Origin: a virus
Virus record (IMG/VR): IMGVR_UViG_3300027759_000050
Span: 96,680-160,679 of that record
Strand: one strand, 5' to 3'
Length of the DNA: 64,000 nucleotides
This document shows positions 1-9,640 of this stretch, piece after piece. Made by a program: the position numbers and the translations under genes. A model generated the notes under the pieces. That model had not been told where the DNA came from, did no database searches, and was given only the letters and a program-made list of their open reading frames with translations. Position 1 is the first letter of the stretch. Each line of letters starts with the position of its first letter.

Positions 1-218
1 GCCTTGTAGAATGGAAAGAACTCCTTACGCCAATACTTGCGGTTGTCACAACAGAGTACAACTTCACCATATTCGTTACGGAAAGTCTTTAGGTGCATCC
101 TAAGAATATTTAGGACCAAGTGGCGAATTAAGTCTTCTTCCAACTTAACTCCTTTTTGGTTTGATAGTTGAGCCATTAAGCCTGCTAAAAGAACCTGGTT
201 CAGGTCGACAAGAATCAT
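1..218 (-). CDS. rnh: T4-like RNase H / 5'-3' exonuclease, N-terminal part (runs off the window)
   Basis: Hand translation from ATG at 218: MILVDLNQVLLAGLMAQ...EYGEVVLCCDNRKYWRKEFFPFYK; the D...YWR..FP.YK pattern is typical of T4 RNase H. Missing from the ORF track. Confidence 0.9.
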   Translation of the reverse strand, partial: MILVDLNQVLLAGLMAQLSNQKGVKLEEDLIRHLVLNILRMHLKTFRNEYGEVVLCCDNRKYWRKEFFPFYK

Positions 219-250
219 TATAAATCCATAAGTTATAAAACTACACTATA

Positions 251-592
251 TCACGTTTCTTGAAATTTGTCAAATATTCCATCCATAAGTCTACCAGATG
301 TTGTTGTTTTTTTGCAAATGACTCCATAAAAATCCAACGGAATTAACATGGACATATATTCCAACGGTGCGGCCAGAATTGCATCAAATCTCTCTAAATC
401 ATCAATGTCTCCGTCTTCAGTTTCTCTGAACAATATAACATCATAACAATCACCTAAAACACTGCCAGGTACTTTTTCACCAGCTTCTTTCAATTCATTA
501 ACTTCAATGTGAAGTGAATCTTCTTCTTCACCTGGCAGAAACATAAATGTGTGAAAATTTGCCTTATCAAATTTCTTTAAGTAGTCTAGCAT
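251..592 (-). CDS. hypothetical acidic protein
   Basis: 113-aa ORF in the operon; no recognisable motif. Confidence 0.6.
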   Translation of the reverse strand: MLDYLKKFDKANFHTFMFLPGEEEDSLHIEVNELKEAGEKVPGSVLGDCYDVILFRETEDGDIDDLERFDAILAAPLEYMSMLIPLDFYGVICKKTTTSGRLMDGIFDKFQET

Positions 593-998
593 TATAATCC
601 TTAATGTGTGATTTTCTTACTCTAACCATAATCCAGCTATTGTAATATTCTTCACTCTCCATAACTTTGTGTGCAAATTGTTCTTTTGCTTCAACATAAC
701 TACATTCACCTTTTGATTTACATAGATGTAGTATTTCTCTTTTGAATTTATCTTTTCCATAGAGTACAACATCTTTTTGTAATTCTTCACTACTTCCATA
801 ATAAGTTGGCCAGTCACTAGCCACTTTATATTTTTTCTTTTTGCCTTTTACTTGTCTTGTTTTGGAGAAATAGAAAAGTTTCTTACCAATGTATTTTCTA
901 TTTGTTTCTAGGTTTGTTATCATGTATACAAACCCGTAACTATCTCCAATCAAATCTTCTGCAAAGTCTGAGTCTTTATATAACCAGTTTATTCCCAT
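567..998 (-). CDS. GIY-YIG family endonuclease
   Basis: GFVYMITNLETNRKYIGKK...YYGSS...EAKEQF...YYN motifs. Confidence 0.85.
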   Translation of the reverse strand: MGINWLYKDSDFAEDLIGDSYGFVYMITNLETNRKYIGKKLFYFSKTRQVKGKKKKYKVASDWPTYYGSSEELQKDVVLYGKDKFKREILHLCKSKGECSYVEAKEQFAHKVMESEEYYNSWIMVRVRKSHIKDYNARLLKEI

Positions 999-1177
999 TT
1001 TAAGTCATCTTCATCAATGTCATCATCCTCTATATATTCTTCGGATAATTCTTCGATGGGTTCGCCACAAAATGGACAAAACTCTGGCATTTCTTGTGAG
1101 GTTAGTTCCTCATAAAACTCAACTTCGTATGTTGATTCACAGTTTAGACATTCTCCTGATACTATCTTGTTTTTCAT
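989..1177 (-). CDS. small zinc-ribbon protein with acidic tail
   Basis: CLNC...CPFCG; SD GGAGA upstream. Confidence 0.75.
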   Translation of the reverse strand: MKNKIVSGECLNCESTYEVEFYEELTSQEMPEFCPFCGEPIEELSEEYIEDDDIDEDDLKWE

Positions 1178-1198
1178 TTTTATCTCCCATTTTTGTTA

Positions 1199-2185
1199 TT
1201 AGTTTGCCCATACATCACCCCAATCTCCAGACAAAGCACCTTTTGCATAATCGGTTGCTCTGTTCTCAAAAAAGTTTGTATGCGTTGGAGCATTAATCAT
1301 TTCTTCAACCCATGGTAATGGGTTTTTCTTAACTTTAAAGATACCTTTCAAACTCAACGAAATCAATCTACGGTCAGCAATGTAACGAATGTACTTCTTA
1401 ACATCTTCCGCAGATAGACCTTCCATAGCACCCATATTGAAAGCTAAATCAATAAACTTATCTTCAAGTTCAACCATCTTTTCTGCGATAGTATAGATAC
1501 GAGATTTCAGTTCATCATTCCAAATTTCTGGATTCTCACCTATGTATGTTCTAAACAATTTAATCATGTTCTCAGCATGTTGTGTTTCATCAACGATGGA
1601 CCAAGTAACAATCTGACCCATACCTTTCATTTTGCCGTGGCGTGGGAAATTCAATAACATAATGAATGAAGAAAACAACTGCATGCCTTCGGTGAATGCA
1701 GAGAATACAGCAATGTGTGTTGCTGTATTTTGTTTAGTTGTATTCTGTTTAGATATGTCGATTACATAATCATGTTTCTCACGCATTTCAGCATACTCAG
1801 AGAATTCATTGTATGTTGTTTCTGGTAGACCAAGAGTTTCAATCAAGTGTGAGTAAGCAGCAACGTGTAGAGCTTCACGAGCAGCAAAACCCAACAACAT
1901 CATACGCATTTCTGGTTGTGGGAAATATGGCAAGTAGTTGTTTACATAACCACCAGCAACGTCAATATCTCCTTGTGTGAAGAATCTAAAGATGTGTGTC
2001 AAGAATTGTTTTTCTTCGGTCGATAGTTTGTTTTTCCAATCTTTAACATCTTCCGACATTGGAACTTCTGTATGCAACCAATGTGATTGTTCATGTTTCA
2101 ACCATGCATCATAAGCCCATGCGTAGTTGAATGGTTTAAAGTATGTTCGTTCTTGTGTAACGTCTTGTTTTGTTTTTTTAATCAT
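1199..2185 (-). CDS. nrdB: ribonucleotide reductase class Ia beta subunit
   Basis: EALHVAAY, FTEGMQLFSSF, DETQH di-iron ligands; C-terminal NFFE.RATDY. Confidence 0.97.
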   Translation of the reverse strand: MIKKTKQDVTQERTYFKPFNYAWAYDAWLKHEQSHWLHTEVPMSEDVKDWKNKLSTEEKQFLTHIFRFFTQGDIDVAGGYVNNYLPYFPQPEMRMMLLGFAAREALHVAAYSHLIETLGLPETTYNEFSEYAEMREKHDYVIDISKQNTTKQNTATHIAVFSAFTEGMQLFSSFIMLLNFPRHGKMKGMGQIVTWSIVDETQHAENMIKLFRTYIGENPEIWNDELKSRIYTIAEKMVELEDKFIDLAFNMGAMEGLSAEDVKKYIRYIADRRLISLSLKGIFKVKKNPLPWVEEMINAPTHTNFFENRATDYAKGALSGDWGDVWAN

Positions 2186-2197
2186 TTCTTTCTTTCT

Positions 2198-2908
2198 TTA
2201 ATTCCAGTATTTTGAGTGATTTATGTTGTCCCAGTATTTTTTATTATTTCTATTCCAAAAATTCTTGATTAGGTATAAAGCCATACCAAAGTAACCCATT
2301 TTTTGAAATCTTCTACTATCTTGGCCAACATAATGATTGACTAATTTAAACTTCTTTGTATCATACATCTTTGACAGGAAAAAGTCTTCACTTGTTCCAT
2401 ACTTCTCAGCAAAGCCACCATATTCTTCAAATTTATCTCGGCGTGTAAGCATGAATGCACCAACAGCAAAAGGAACTTTGTAACTCATTATACGGTTTAC
2501 AAAATTGAATGTCATAAATCCAATCTGTGCTGTTTTGTTCTTATCATAACACTTTATATAGAGTCCAACAAGGTCGAGGTTGTTTGATTCCAATTCATCA
2601 ACTGCATCACGAATAACCATGTCACTAAAAAATCTCACATCGGCGTCAATAAACAAAATGTAAGGAGTAGTGACTAGTTTTGCACCATTATTCTTGGCAA
2701 TTGAAACTGGTCCACCTTCAATAACTTCAACATTTAAATTACCTTTATAAAAATCGATAGTATCTCTTGTGGCGTCCGTAGAACAATCAGCAATAATAAT
2801 TCTTGTATTACCTATGTTCTGTCTCTTTAGGTTGAGTAACAGATGAAAAATATATCTTTCTTCATTCTTGCAAGGAATAACAATAGTAATTTTATCACTC
2901 AGCATCAT
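2198..2908 (-). CDS. glycosyltransferase family 2
   Basis: IVIPCKNE, FIDAD (DxD), SEDFFLS. Confidence 0.9.
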   Translation of the reverse strand: MMLSDKITIVIPCKNEERYIFHLLLNLKRQNIGNTRIIIADCSTDATRDTIDFYKGNLNVEVIEGGPVSIAKNNGAKLVTTPYILFIDADVRFFSDMVIRDAVDELESNNLDLVGLYIKCYDKNKTAQIGFMTFNFVNRIMSYKVPFAVGAFMLTRRDKFEEYGGFAEKYGTSEDFFLSKMYDTKKFKLVNHYVGQDSRRFQKMGYFGMALYLIKNFWNRNNKKYWDNINHSKYWN

Positions 2909-3659
2909 TATCTGATCCTTTTGTCCAAGTGATTATTTCCCATTTACCGTCATGGTGTTCTACCAATGCAGTACAACTTTCAACCCAATCACCATCATTC
3001 ATATAAACAACACCATTAATATCCTTAATTTCCGCCTTGTGTATATGGCCACAAATTATACCATCATATCCACGTTTTTTGCAATAGTTAGATAGATTAT
3101 ACTCAAACTTGAACATAAAGTCAACAGCTTTTTTCACACGCTGTTTCAGATACTGACTTAAACTCCAATATCCAAAACCAAACTTATGTCTGAACCAATT
3201 AAATTTGGAATTTAAACTCAAAATTAAATCGTATGCTCTATCACCTAAGAATGCTAACCAAGGAGCCAATCTTGTGATACCATCAAACAAATCTCCATGA
3301 ACAACAAGGTAATGTTTACCGTCAGCACCAATATGTTCTATTTGATTATGTATTTCAACTAGACCAAAACTGAATCCATAGGGAATCATAGGTCTTAGGA
3401 ATTCATCGTGATTACCTGCCACATACACTACTCTAGTCCCGCGCTTGGCATGGCCAAGAATTCTACGAACAACATTAGTGTGGCTTTGTTTCCACCTCCA
3501 TTTGTTCTGTTGTATTCTCCATGCATCAATAATGTCACCCACAAGATAAAGAGTGTCGCAACTATTATGTTTTAAAAAGTTATTCAATCTATCTGCTTGA
3601 CAATCTTTGGTTCCTAAGTGAACATCAGAAATGAATATACTTCTATATGTCTTTTGCAT
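2895..3659 (-). CDS. metallophosphoesterase, UDP-2,3-diacylglucosamine diphosphatase (LpxH)-like
   Basis: ISDVHLG, GDIID, GNHD, HGD, GHIH, NDGDW motifs. Confidence 0.85.
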   Translation of the reverse strand: MQKTYRSIFISDVHLGTKDCQADRLNNFLKHNSCDTLYLVGDIIDAWRIQQNKWRWKQSHTNVVRRILGHAKRGTRVVYVAGNHDEFLRPMIPYGFSFGLVEIHNQIEHIGADGKHYLVVHGDLFDGITRLAPWLAFLGDRAYDLILSLNSKFNWFRHKFGFGYWSLSQYLKQRVKKAVDFMFKFEYNLSNYCKKRGYDGIICGHIHKAEIKDINGVVYMNDGDWVESCTALVEHHDGKWEIITWTKGSDNDAE

Positions 3660-3668
3660 TTTTTAAAT

Positions 3669-3914
3669 TTATGTTGTTAACCAAATTTCCAAATCGTTCT
3701 TAGTTTTCAAACCGGTCATTCTCTTAACTTCAATATTTTCATTCATCATTACAAGAGTCGGCACAGACCTAATACCAAACTCAACTGCAATATCAGAATA
3801 TTTGTCAATGTCGATTATCTCAATTAAAGTATCTCCTTTGACTTCTTCTAAAATAGCAGCCATTGATTTACATGGCCTGCACCACTCTGCTGTGAATCTT
3901 AAAATTCTTTTCAT
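3669..3914 (-). CDS. thioredoxin
   Basis: WCRPC active site and IRSVPTL cis-Pro motif. Confidence 0.92.
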   Translation of the reverse strand: MKRILRFTAEWCRPCKSMAAILEEVKGDTLIEIIDIDKYSDIAVEFGIRSVPTLVMMNENIEVKRMTGLKTKNDLEIWLTT

Positions 3915-3915
3915 T

Positions 3916-4560
3916 TTATTTCTCCGTTAATTTATTAACAAATTCCAATAATAACTTATGGTGTCTGCCCTCATGCCAATATTGTTTTAATTTCTTGTTA
4001 TCATACCACCATTCCAAAGAATCTAAACAGGCACCCATAACACCAATTTTACCTTGTCTAATACACATTGGTTCTTTATTATAATATGTGCTTACTATTT
4101 CTGAATGACTAAGGTCTCCTACAAACGTACAGCCGTCACGGAAGAATATTTGTTCTTCTTCACCTTCCCACATACAATGTGCAGCAATGTTAAAACTTCT
4201 CATGATGTCGGCGGTAGGCCTTTTGATATATTGTACAGGTTCTGCACCTTTTAAGATGTCAAAATAGTTTGGACCAGCCCAATAAGCACCAACACATATA
4301 CCAAGATATGCGCCACCATTTTCAACAAATTTAGCTACTGCGTTTGCTCTTTTCCTAGGAAACATATGAAAATAATCATCTGCATCACCAACACCTCCAG
4401 GAAATGCCAACATATCAACACACTCAAATGTTTCTTCTGTACATTGTTCTTTTTTAAAGATTTTAATATTAAAATGTGGTGACAGTGCTTCAATCACACC
4501 ATCAACACAAGATAGTGATTCTTTATTTCGGTCATCTTGGAATAGAGCTATAGTTTTCAT
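3916..4560 (-). CDS. BPL-N / class I glutamine amidotransferase-like protein
   Basis: FPGG...GGAYLGICVGAY nucleophile elbow; start moved to MKTIALFQ (ATGA overlap with upstream ORF). Confidence 0.75.
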   Translation of the reverse strand: MKTIALFQDDRNKESLSCVDGVIEALSPHFNIKIFKKEQCTEETFECVDMLAFPGGVGDADDYFHMFPRKRANAVAKFVENGGAYLGICVGAYWAGPNYFDILKGAEPVQYIKRPTADIMRSFNIAAHCMWEGEEEQIFFRDGCTFVGDLSHSEIVSTYYNKEPMCIRQGKIGVMGACLDSLEWWYDNKKLKQYWHEGRHHKLLLEFVNKLTEK

Positions 4561-4802
4561 TTTATTAATCTCCGTCTTAAAATCATACCAACGAAAGTAC
4601 CACAAAATGCACCTGCACCGGCGGGAATTAATAACCAATGGTCAACTGTATAATTTATAACTGCAACACAAGCAATAACGAAAACTATAGAAGCCCATAT
4701 ACTGGCATTAATTACTTTTTCTTCTTGTACCGATTTCAAATAGTAAGTATAAAATATGTCGGTAAAAAATACAGCAAAAAATGTCAGTATATACTCAAAC
4801 AT
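4557..4802 (-). CDS. small membrane protein
   Basis: Three hydrophobic segments. Confidence 0.7.
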   Translation of the reverse strand: MFEYILTFFAVFFTDIFYTYYLKSVQEEKVINASIWASIVFVIACVAVINYTVDHWLLIPAGAGAFCGTFVGMILRRRLIK

Positions 4803-4804
4803 AA

Positions 4805-6589
4805 TTAACCTTCACAAGCTATACAATCGTTACCTTGTGCAATTTGTGTCATATCTATTTCTTTAATGACTTGTCTTTCAATTCTCTTTGAAACTTTATC
4901 AGCTTTGCCAATCTTCTCTGAACGGCAGTAGTACAATGTCTTCAATCCTTTTTTCCATGCCATAAAATGGATAGCATGAAGATATTTGATGTTAACGTCT
5001 GGCCTGAAGAATAGATTCAGTGACTGTGCTTGGTCAATGTATACCTGTCTATCGGCAGCCAAATCAATTACCCAACGCTGGTCAATTTCCATAGATGTTT
5101 TGAATACCGCTTTTTGATTTTCATCTAAGATATTCAAATGTTGGACAGAACCATCATTAGCAATAATAGAAGACCACACTTCATTATATTCTTCTTCTGT
5201 TTGTGTCAATCCTTTAATGATTATATCAAGCCATCTGTTCTTATTTAAAAATGATCCAGATAAAGTGTCCTGACGGTAAGCGTTAGCACGGTAAGGCTCT
5301 ATACTAGGACTAGTATTTCGCATAATGATAGATGAAGAAGCATTTGGAGCAATAGCCATAAGATGACTGAAACGCTTGCCAGTACCAAGAGCATCTGGAG
5401 CTTCACCACGTTCTTTACCCAAAGTGAGATTAGCTTCATCTAATTTCTCTCTTATTGACTTAAAGATTCTATTGTTTGCGACCTTGGCCATAACTCCTTC
5501 AAAAGCGATTCCGTTTCGTTGGAGGTAGGCATGAAAGCCCAAGGCGCCAACGCCAATAGAGCGTTCACGAGCGGCAGAATACCTAGCACGTTGAATTGTA
5601 TCAGGAGCATTATCAATAAAATACTGCAAAACATTATCCAGCATTTCTGCAACATCTCTGAGAAATAATGGTTCATCTTTCCATTCATCGTAGTTCTCCA
5701 GATTTAACGAGGAAAGGCAACAAACAGCTGTTCTTTCTTTATCTGTCGGTAAAATGATTTCTGAACAAAGATTAGATTGGTGTACTTTTAGTCCTTTGTC
5801 CTTCAACCATTGCGGAAGCATTCTATTACTTGTATCAATGAAGTGGATGTAAGGTTCACCTGTGTGCATACGCAATTCAAGAATCTGTTGCCAAAGGTGT
5901 TTAGCTGAAACAGTTTCACGAATTACACCACTATATGGATCAACTAGATTCCAAGAATCATCCGCTGTTGGATCCAACATACAGTTTTCAATCAACTGCA
6001 TAAAGTCATCTGTGATATTTATTCCGTGATGGAGATTCAAGCAACGAACATTTGGGTCACCTGTGGGCTTACGCATTTCTAGAAAAGCTGTAATATCTGG
6101 ATGAGAAATATCAAGATAAGCGGCATAACTACCACGGCGAGTCCTACCTTGTCTATAAGCGAGAGATGATGCATCATAGATTTTAAGGTGGGGCATAACT
6201 CCAGTAGATTTATCATCCGCTGAGCGAATGCCAAAGCCGATGCCGACACCGCCGCCGAACATTGAGAGCCAATTTGTTTCAGATAGGTTGTCAACTAGAC
6301 CCTCCGCTGTATCATCGATAAAATTAAGGAAACACGATATTGGAAGTCCTTTTTTAGAACGACCATAAGATAAAATAGGAGTTGAATAAGATAACCAGTG
6401 TTTTGAGGAATAGTCGTACAATCGTTGAGTGTGAGCTGGGTCAGTTCCGAAGGCTGCGGAAACGAAGGCAAATCTTTCTTGTGGTGAAGTTTCATCATCT
6501 TTCATGTAAGACTCTTTAAGTCTTTTTATTCCTAATTCATCAAAGAGTTTATCTCTTTCTAAATCTATATTTATACCCATGTATTCCAT
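4805..6589 (-). CDS. nrdA: ribonucleotide reductase class Ia alpha subunit (short form, no ATP cone seen)
   Basis: PISCFL, SNLCSEI, APNASSS, LKTLYY, C-terminal CIACEG. Confidence 0.97.
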   Translation of the reverse strand: MEYMGINIDLERDKLFDELGIKRLKESYMKDDETSPQERFAFVSAAFGTDPAHTQRLYDYSSKHWLSYSTPILSYGRSKKGLPISCFLNFIDDTAEGLVDNLSETNWLSMFGGGVGIGFGIRSADDKSTGVMPHLKIYDASSLAYRQGRTRRGSYAAYLDISHPDITAFLEMRKPTGDPNVRCLNLHHGINITDDFMQLIENCMLDPTADDSWNLVDPYSGVIRETVSAKHLWQQILELRMHTGEPYIHFIDTSNRMLPQWLKDKGLKVHQSNLCSEIILPTDKERTAVCCLSSLNLENYDEWKDEPLFLRDVAEMLDNVLQYFIDNAPDTIQRARYSAARERSIGVGALGFHAYLQRNGIAFEGVMAKVANNRIFKSIREKLDEANLTLGKERGEAPDALGTGKRFSHLMAIAPNASSSIIMRNTSPSIEPYRANAYRQDTLSGSFLNKNRWLDIIIKGLTQTEEEYNEVWSSIIANDGSVQHLNILDENQKAVFKTSMEIDQRWVIDLAADRQVYIDQAQSLNLFFRPDVNIKYLHAIHFMAWKKGLKTLYYCRSEKIGKADKVSKRIERQVIKEIDMTQIAQGNDCIACEG

Positions 6590-6601
6590 CTTTATTCCTT
6601 A

Positions 6602-6964
6602 TTATTTTTTCAAAATACTTTTAATATCAGGCGGAGTCCAACCTTCAGGTTTTAGAACTTTTCCATCTGCTCTTTTTAATACTTTTCCAGTTTCATCGTC
6701 AATTTTGGCCAAATTACTTCTTGCAACTTCATTCCAAACATCTTGTTGTGGAATTTGCAAAGTGTGTTCTAATCCCTCAATTACCCATTTTAAATCTGCA
6801 CAACCATCTGCAATATCCACCATATTTCCGCGAAAAAAGGCATTCATTAATTCATCAAACTCTTCCCGAATTAAGGCCATATAAAGGTTTGATTGTTTTC
6901 CAAATCCTGTTTCTTTTTGGTCACAAGCGTCCATAAATCGTTTAACATCATCAGAACTATTCAT
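6602..6964 (-). CDS. MazG-like / all-alpha NTP pyrophosphohydrolase
   Basis: LIREEFDEL...ADGCADL...VARSNLAK...DGKVLKPEGW. Confidence 0.85.
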   Translation of the reverse strand: MNSSDDVKRFMDACDQKETGFGKQSNLYMALIREEFDELMNAFFRGNMVDIADGCADLKWVIEGLEHTLQIPQQDVWNEVARSNLAKIDDETGKVLKRADGKVLKPEGWTPPDIKSILKK

Positions 6965-7616
6965 TTGTATACTCCATAATCATTGGGAAAATTGGTTCAA
7001 TTGCGGCCGCACATGCAAGAGCTATTTCTTGGTGTTCTTTCTGTGTTCCGTTTGCGCTTCGGAGTTGTATATAGTGGACCCATGACCTAAGGGTTCCGTT
7101 CATATACATGCGTGATTTTGTCATGCCTTCCGGTAAAATTGCACGAGCCTGTTCCTTTGCAATACCGTTGTCGAGGGCCCATTTGTATGTTTTTTGCACT
7201 TGTTCTAAAAGTTTATTTTGTTGAATTTGCCACATATCATCCAGTGTGAAGTCTGTACTAGGCAAACTATTTTGCCGATTTTTGGTATCTTGCAATCTTG
7301 CTTCACGCAATTCAAAACCAAGTTGTGATGCATCAGCATATCGTTGTGAAAACTCTTGGAATGAAAAAGAACGGTGACGCAAAATCTGCCTTGCAATGTC
7401 ACGGGTTGTTTCAATCTCCAAACACACCGAAACCACCTCCAACGGTGACCAGTGTTGATTGTTAATCAAGTATCTAACCAATTTCTCAGCAGTCTCTGAG
7501 TTGTTCTGGTTCGCTGGATTAGACACACGGGCCGCGTAGGCAACCTGGTCCATTAAACTTTTACCATCTACTCCCTGAGAGTATGAAATCAAATTTACAT
7601 TCATATTTTTTTCCAA
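6957..7616 (-). CDS. thyX: flavin-dependent thymidylate synthase
   Basis: HWSPLE and RQILRHRSFSFQEFSQRY ThyX motif. Confidence 0.97.
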   Translation of the reverse strand: MEKNMNVNLISYSQGVDGKSLMDQVAYAARVSNPANQNNSETAEKLVRYLINNQHWSPLEVVSVCLEIETTRDIARQILRHRSFSFQEFSQRYADASQLGFELREARLQDTKNRQNSLPSTDFTLDDMWQIQQNKLLEQVQKTYKWALDNGIAKEQARAILPEGMTKSRMYMNGTLRSWVHYIQLRSANGTQKEHQEIALACAAAIEPIFPMIMEYTNE

Positions 7617-8602
7617 TTCACAAATTCCATTTTAGCCCTAAGATTCACAAAGGTGTGTTTCTCCATTATATCATGTAATTCTTCAATGTCAAATCCAGTT
7701 AATACCATATCATTAATGTCTTTGTCTGTTATGATTCCTGGCCAGACAACGACATTGAAATGGTTATCGACTGCATGTTCCATCAATTTTACGATTTCTT
7801 TATTCCTAGGTTCATTGTCGAAAACTAGTACAATTTTTGATTTGTCCAAATACTCTGCGGCCGATTCCAGTGACGAACTGGCGACAGCTACAGAATTTTT
7901 AATAAACATTGAATCGATTGGTCCTTCAAAGACATATATTGGTTTGTCTTCGTTTACACGGTTGATACCAAACATGCGTGGAACATCGTCCATGAGTTTG
8001 ATTGTGATGTAACGAATCTTTGACTGTCCAAGTGCTCGGCCTTGAAATCCAGTCAGGTTCCCTTCTTTATCATAGAAAGGGATGATTAGGCGTTTGTCGC
8101 CTTCCATAATATCTTTTTCAACTTCAAACGAATCCACAAAAGCCTTGAAGTCATCCGAATAATATAACTGCGAATACATATTTCTTGGTATCATTCTACC
8201 CATAACATATTTCTTAGCATAGTGTTCATCTGGCAACGATTCAATTGTCGGCAAGTCCAATTTCTTGGAAAATACAGGTTTGACCTTCAGTTCTGAAAAC
8301 TCAGGTTCAGGCGAATTGGTATTTGCAGAGTTTTTATACCGTTCCATCTGGTATTCCTCAAGTAGATTAGGATCAACTTGTTTTAGGAAATTATAGAACG
8401 ATGTGGATACACCACAATTGTGACACATATAGAAGTAGTCATTCTTCTTGCGATAGACATAACCACGGCATTTGCTTTTGTTTTTCTGTGAGTCTCCACA
8501 GAGAGGACACCGAAAATTATAGAGGTCATCTTTCTTCTTGGAGAACTTCTGTAATTTGGGTGATAGTTGTAATAGAAAATTTCTGTCAATGAAGACGCTC
8601 AT
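7601..8602 (-). CDS. gp61: DNA primase
   Basis: NFRCPLCGDS...CHNCG zinc finger; EGPIDS and DNEPRN TOPRIM motifs. Confidence 0.96.
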   Translation of the reverse strand: MSVFIDRNFLLQLSPKLQKFSKKKDDLYNFRCPLCGDSQKNKSKCRGYVYRKKNDYFYMCHNCGVSTSFYNFLKQVDPNLLEEYQMERYKNSANTNSPEPEFSELKVKPVFSKKLDLPTIESLPDEHYAKKYVMGRMIPRNMYSQLYYSDDFKAFVDSFEVEKDIMEGDKRLIIPFYDKEGNLTGFQGRALGQSKIRYITIKLMDDVPRMFGINRVNEDKPIYVFEGPIDSMFIKNSVAVASSSLESAAEYLDKSKIVLVFDNEPRNKEIVKLMEHAVDNHFNVVVWPGIITDKDINDMVLTGFDIEELHDIMEKHTFVNLRAKMEFVNWKKI

Positions 8603-8621
8603 AATAAACCAGGAAGTTAAG

Positions 8622-9047
8622 TTACTTTAAATTTCCTAGTAGTATATCAGGTCCTACATGAGAAAGCAACCATGTAACGACAATTATGCCACCAACAATC
8701 ATCCACTTCCAATCTAGAAGTTGTTGGAGCTTTTCTTTTTCCTTGGCATTGTGAGCTTGCATTTCTGCTCGAAGGCCTTTAATTTCATCTAATAAAGTTT
8801 TTTCGGTATGTTGAACTTTATCTAAAACTGTATCAATACGTCCATGTATCTCTTTAATGTCCATATCGGTCTCCACGCGCCTTTTATCAATATCATCATA
8901 GACCTTAGCTATGTGGCGGTCATGTTGATCCACCAATTTTTCTATTACTTGGTCCATTTTGTTACAGAGTGTACAAATAGTTGTGACTTGCGTCTTTAAA
9001 ATGCCCACATCTACTTGGACATTCCTTAAATCGTCTGGTGTTGCCAT
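8622..9047 (-). CDS. coiled-coil protein with C-terminal TM helix (lysis-cassette associated)
   Basis: Heptad pattern followed by WKWMIVGGIIVVTWLL. Confidence 0.65.
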   Translation of the reverse strand: MATPDDLRNVQVDVGILKTQVTTICTLCNKMDQVIEKLVDQHDRHIAKVYDDIDKRRVETDMDIKEIHGRIDTVLDKVQHTEKTLLDEIKGLRAEMQAHNAKEKEKLQQLLDWKWMIVGGIIVVTWLLSHVGPDILLGNLK

Positions 9048-9247
9048 TATTTTTTCTTTTTCTCTGGAACTTTAGTGCCATCCAATTTCTTATGAACTTT
9101 GATTTTTTTGCAAACACTTTTGATTTTTCCTTGAGCATTTTTTACTGTTCTGCAAACTTCTTTGGTTGCAGCCATTGTTGGTGTTACTGTTATAAGCAAG
9201 AAACATGCAAGGAAAAATAAACTGACATAGTGTTTAATATTTTTCAT
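9047..9247 (-). CDS. small secreted basic protein
   Basis: Signal peptide ending AxA-like, two Cys, Lys-rich. Confidence 0.6.
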   Translation of the reverse strand: MKNIKHYVSLFFLACFLLITVTPTMAATKEVCRTVKNAQGKIKSVCKKIKVHKKLDGTKVPEKKKK

Positions 9248-9253
9248 AGGACC

Positions 9254-9640
9254 TCAAAGCATTGGTTGACTGGATTCAGGAACTGGACTTTTACGACCAA
9301 CAACTGCTGTTGGTGTTTGATTATTTATAATTGGTTGATTGTTAGGTGTTGGTGGTACAGGCGGAGCAACATAATTTGTTCCGCTTATTTTTTCCTGTGT
9401 TCTACCAAAAGCTGCAACACCTAATACAGCACCCATAGCGAGATGAAACAAACCTGCGCCTTGAAGTGTTAATGGTTGCCATTGACTTGTAACTTGGCCA
9501 TGACTAAATGCTTGTAATAGACTCCAGAGAATTGGAAATATTACAAAGTCACAGGTACACACCAACATGTACATCCATCCCATGGCTGGACGCCATTTAG
9601 CGTTCATCCAATCTTCTTTTTTATGAGTGTGTCGAGTCAT
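9254..9640 (-). CDS. holin, 3TM (GTA-type) family
   Basis: WRPAMGW...GAVLGVAAFGRTQEK signature; close to the endolysin. Confidence 0.75.
   Translation of the reverse strand: MTRHTHKKEDWMNAKWRPAMGWMYMLVCTCDFVIFPILWSLLQAFSHGQVTSQWQPLTLQGAGLFHLAMGAVLGVAAFGRTQEKISGTNYVAPPVPPTPNNQPIINNQTPTAVVGRKSPVPESSQPML

Noticed and set aside
6568-6575. TATAAATA near the start of nrdA
   Set aside because: It lies inside the coding sequence of an AT-rich genome and is probably a chance match.
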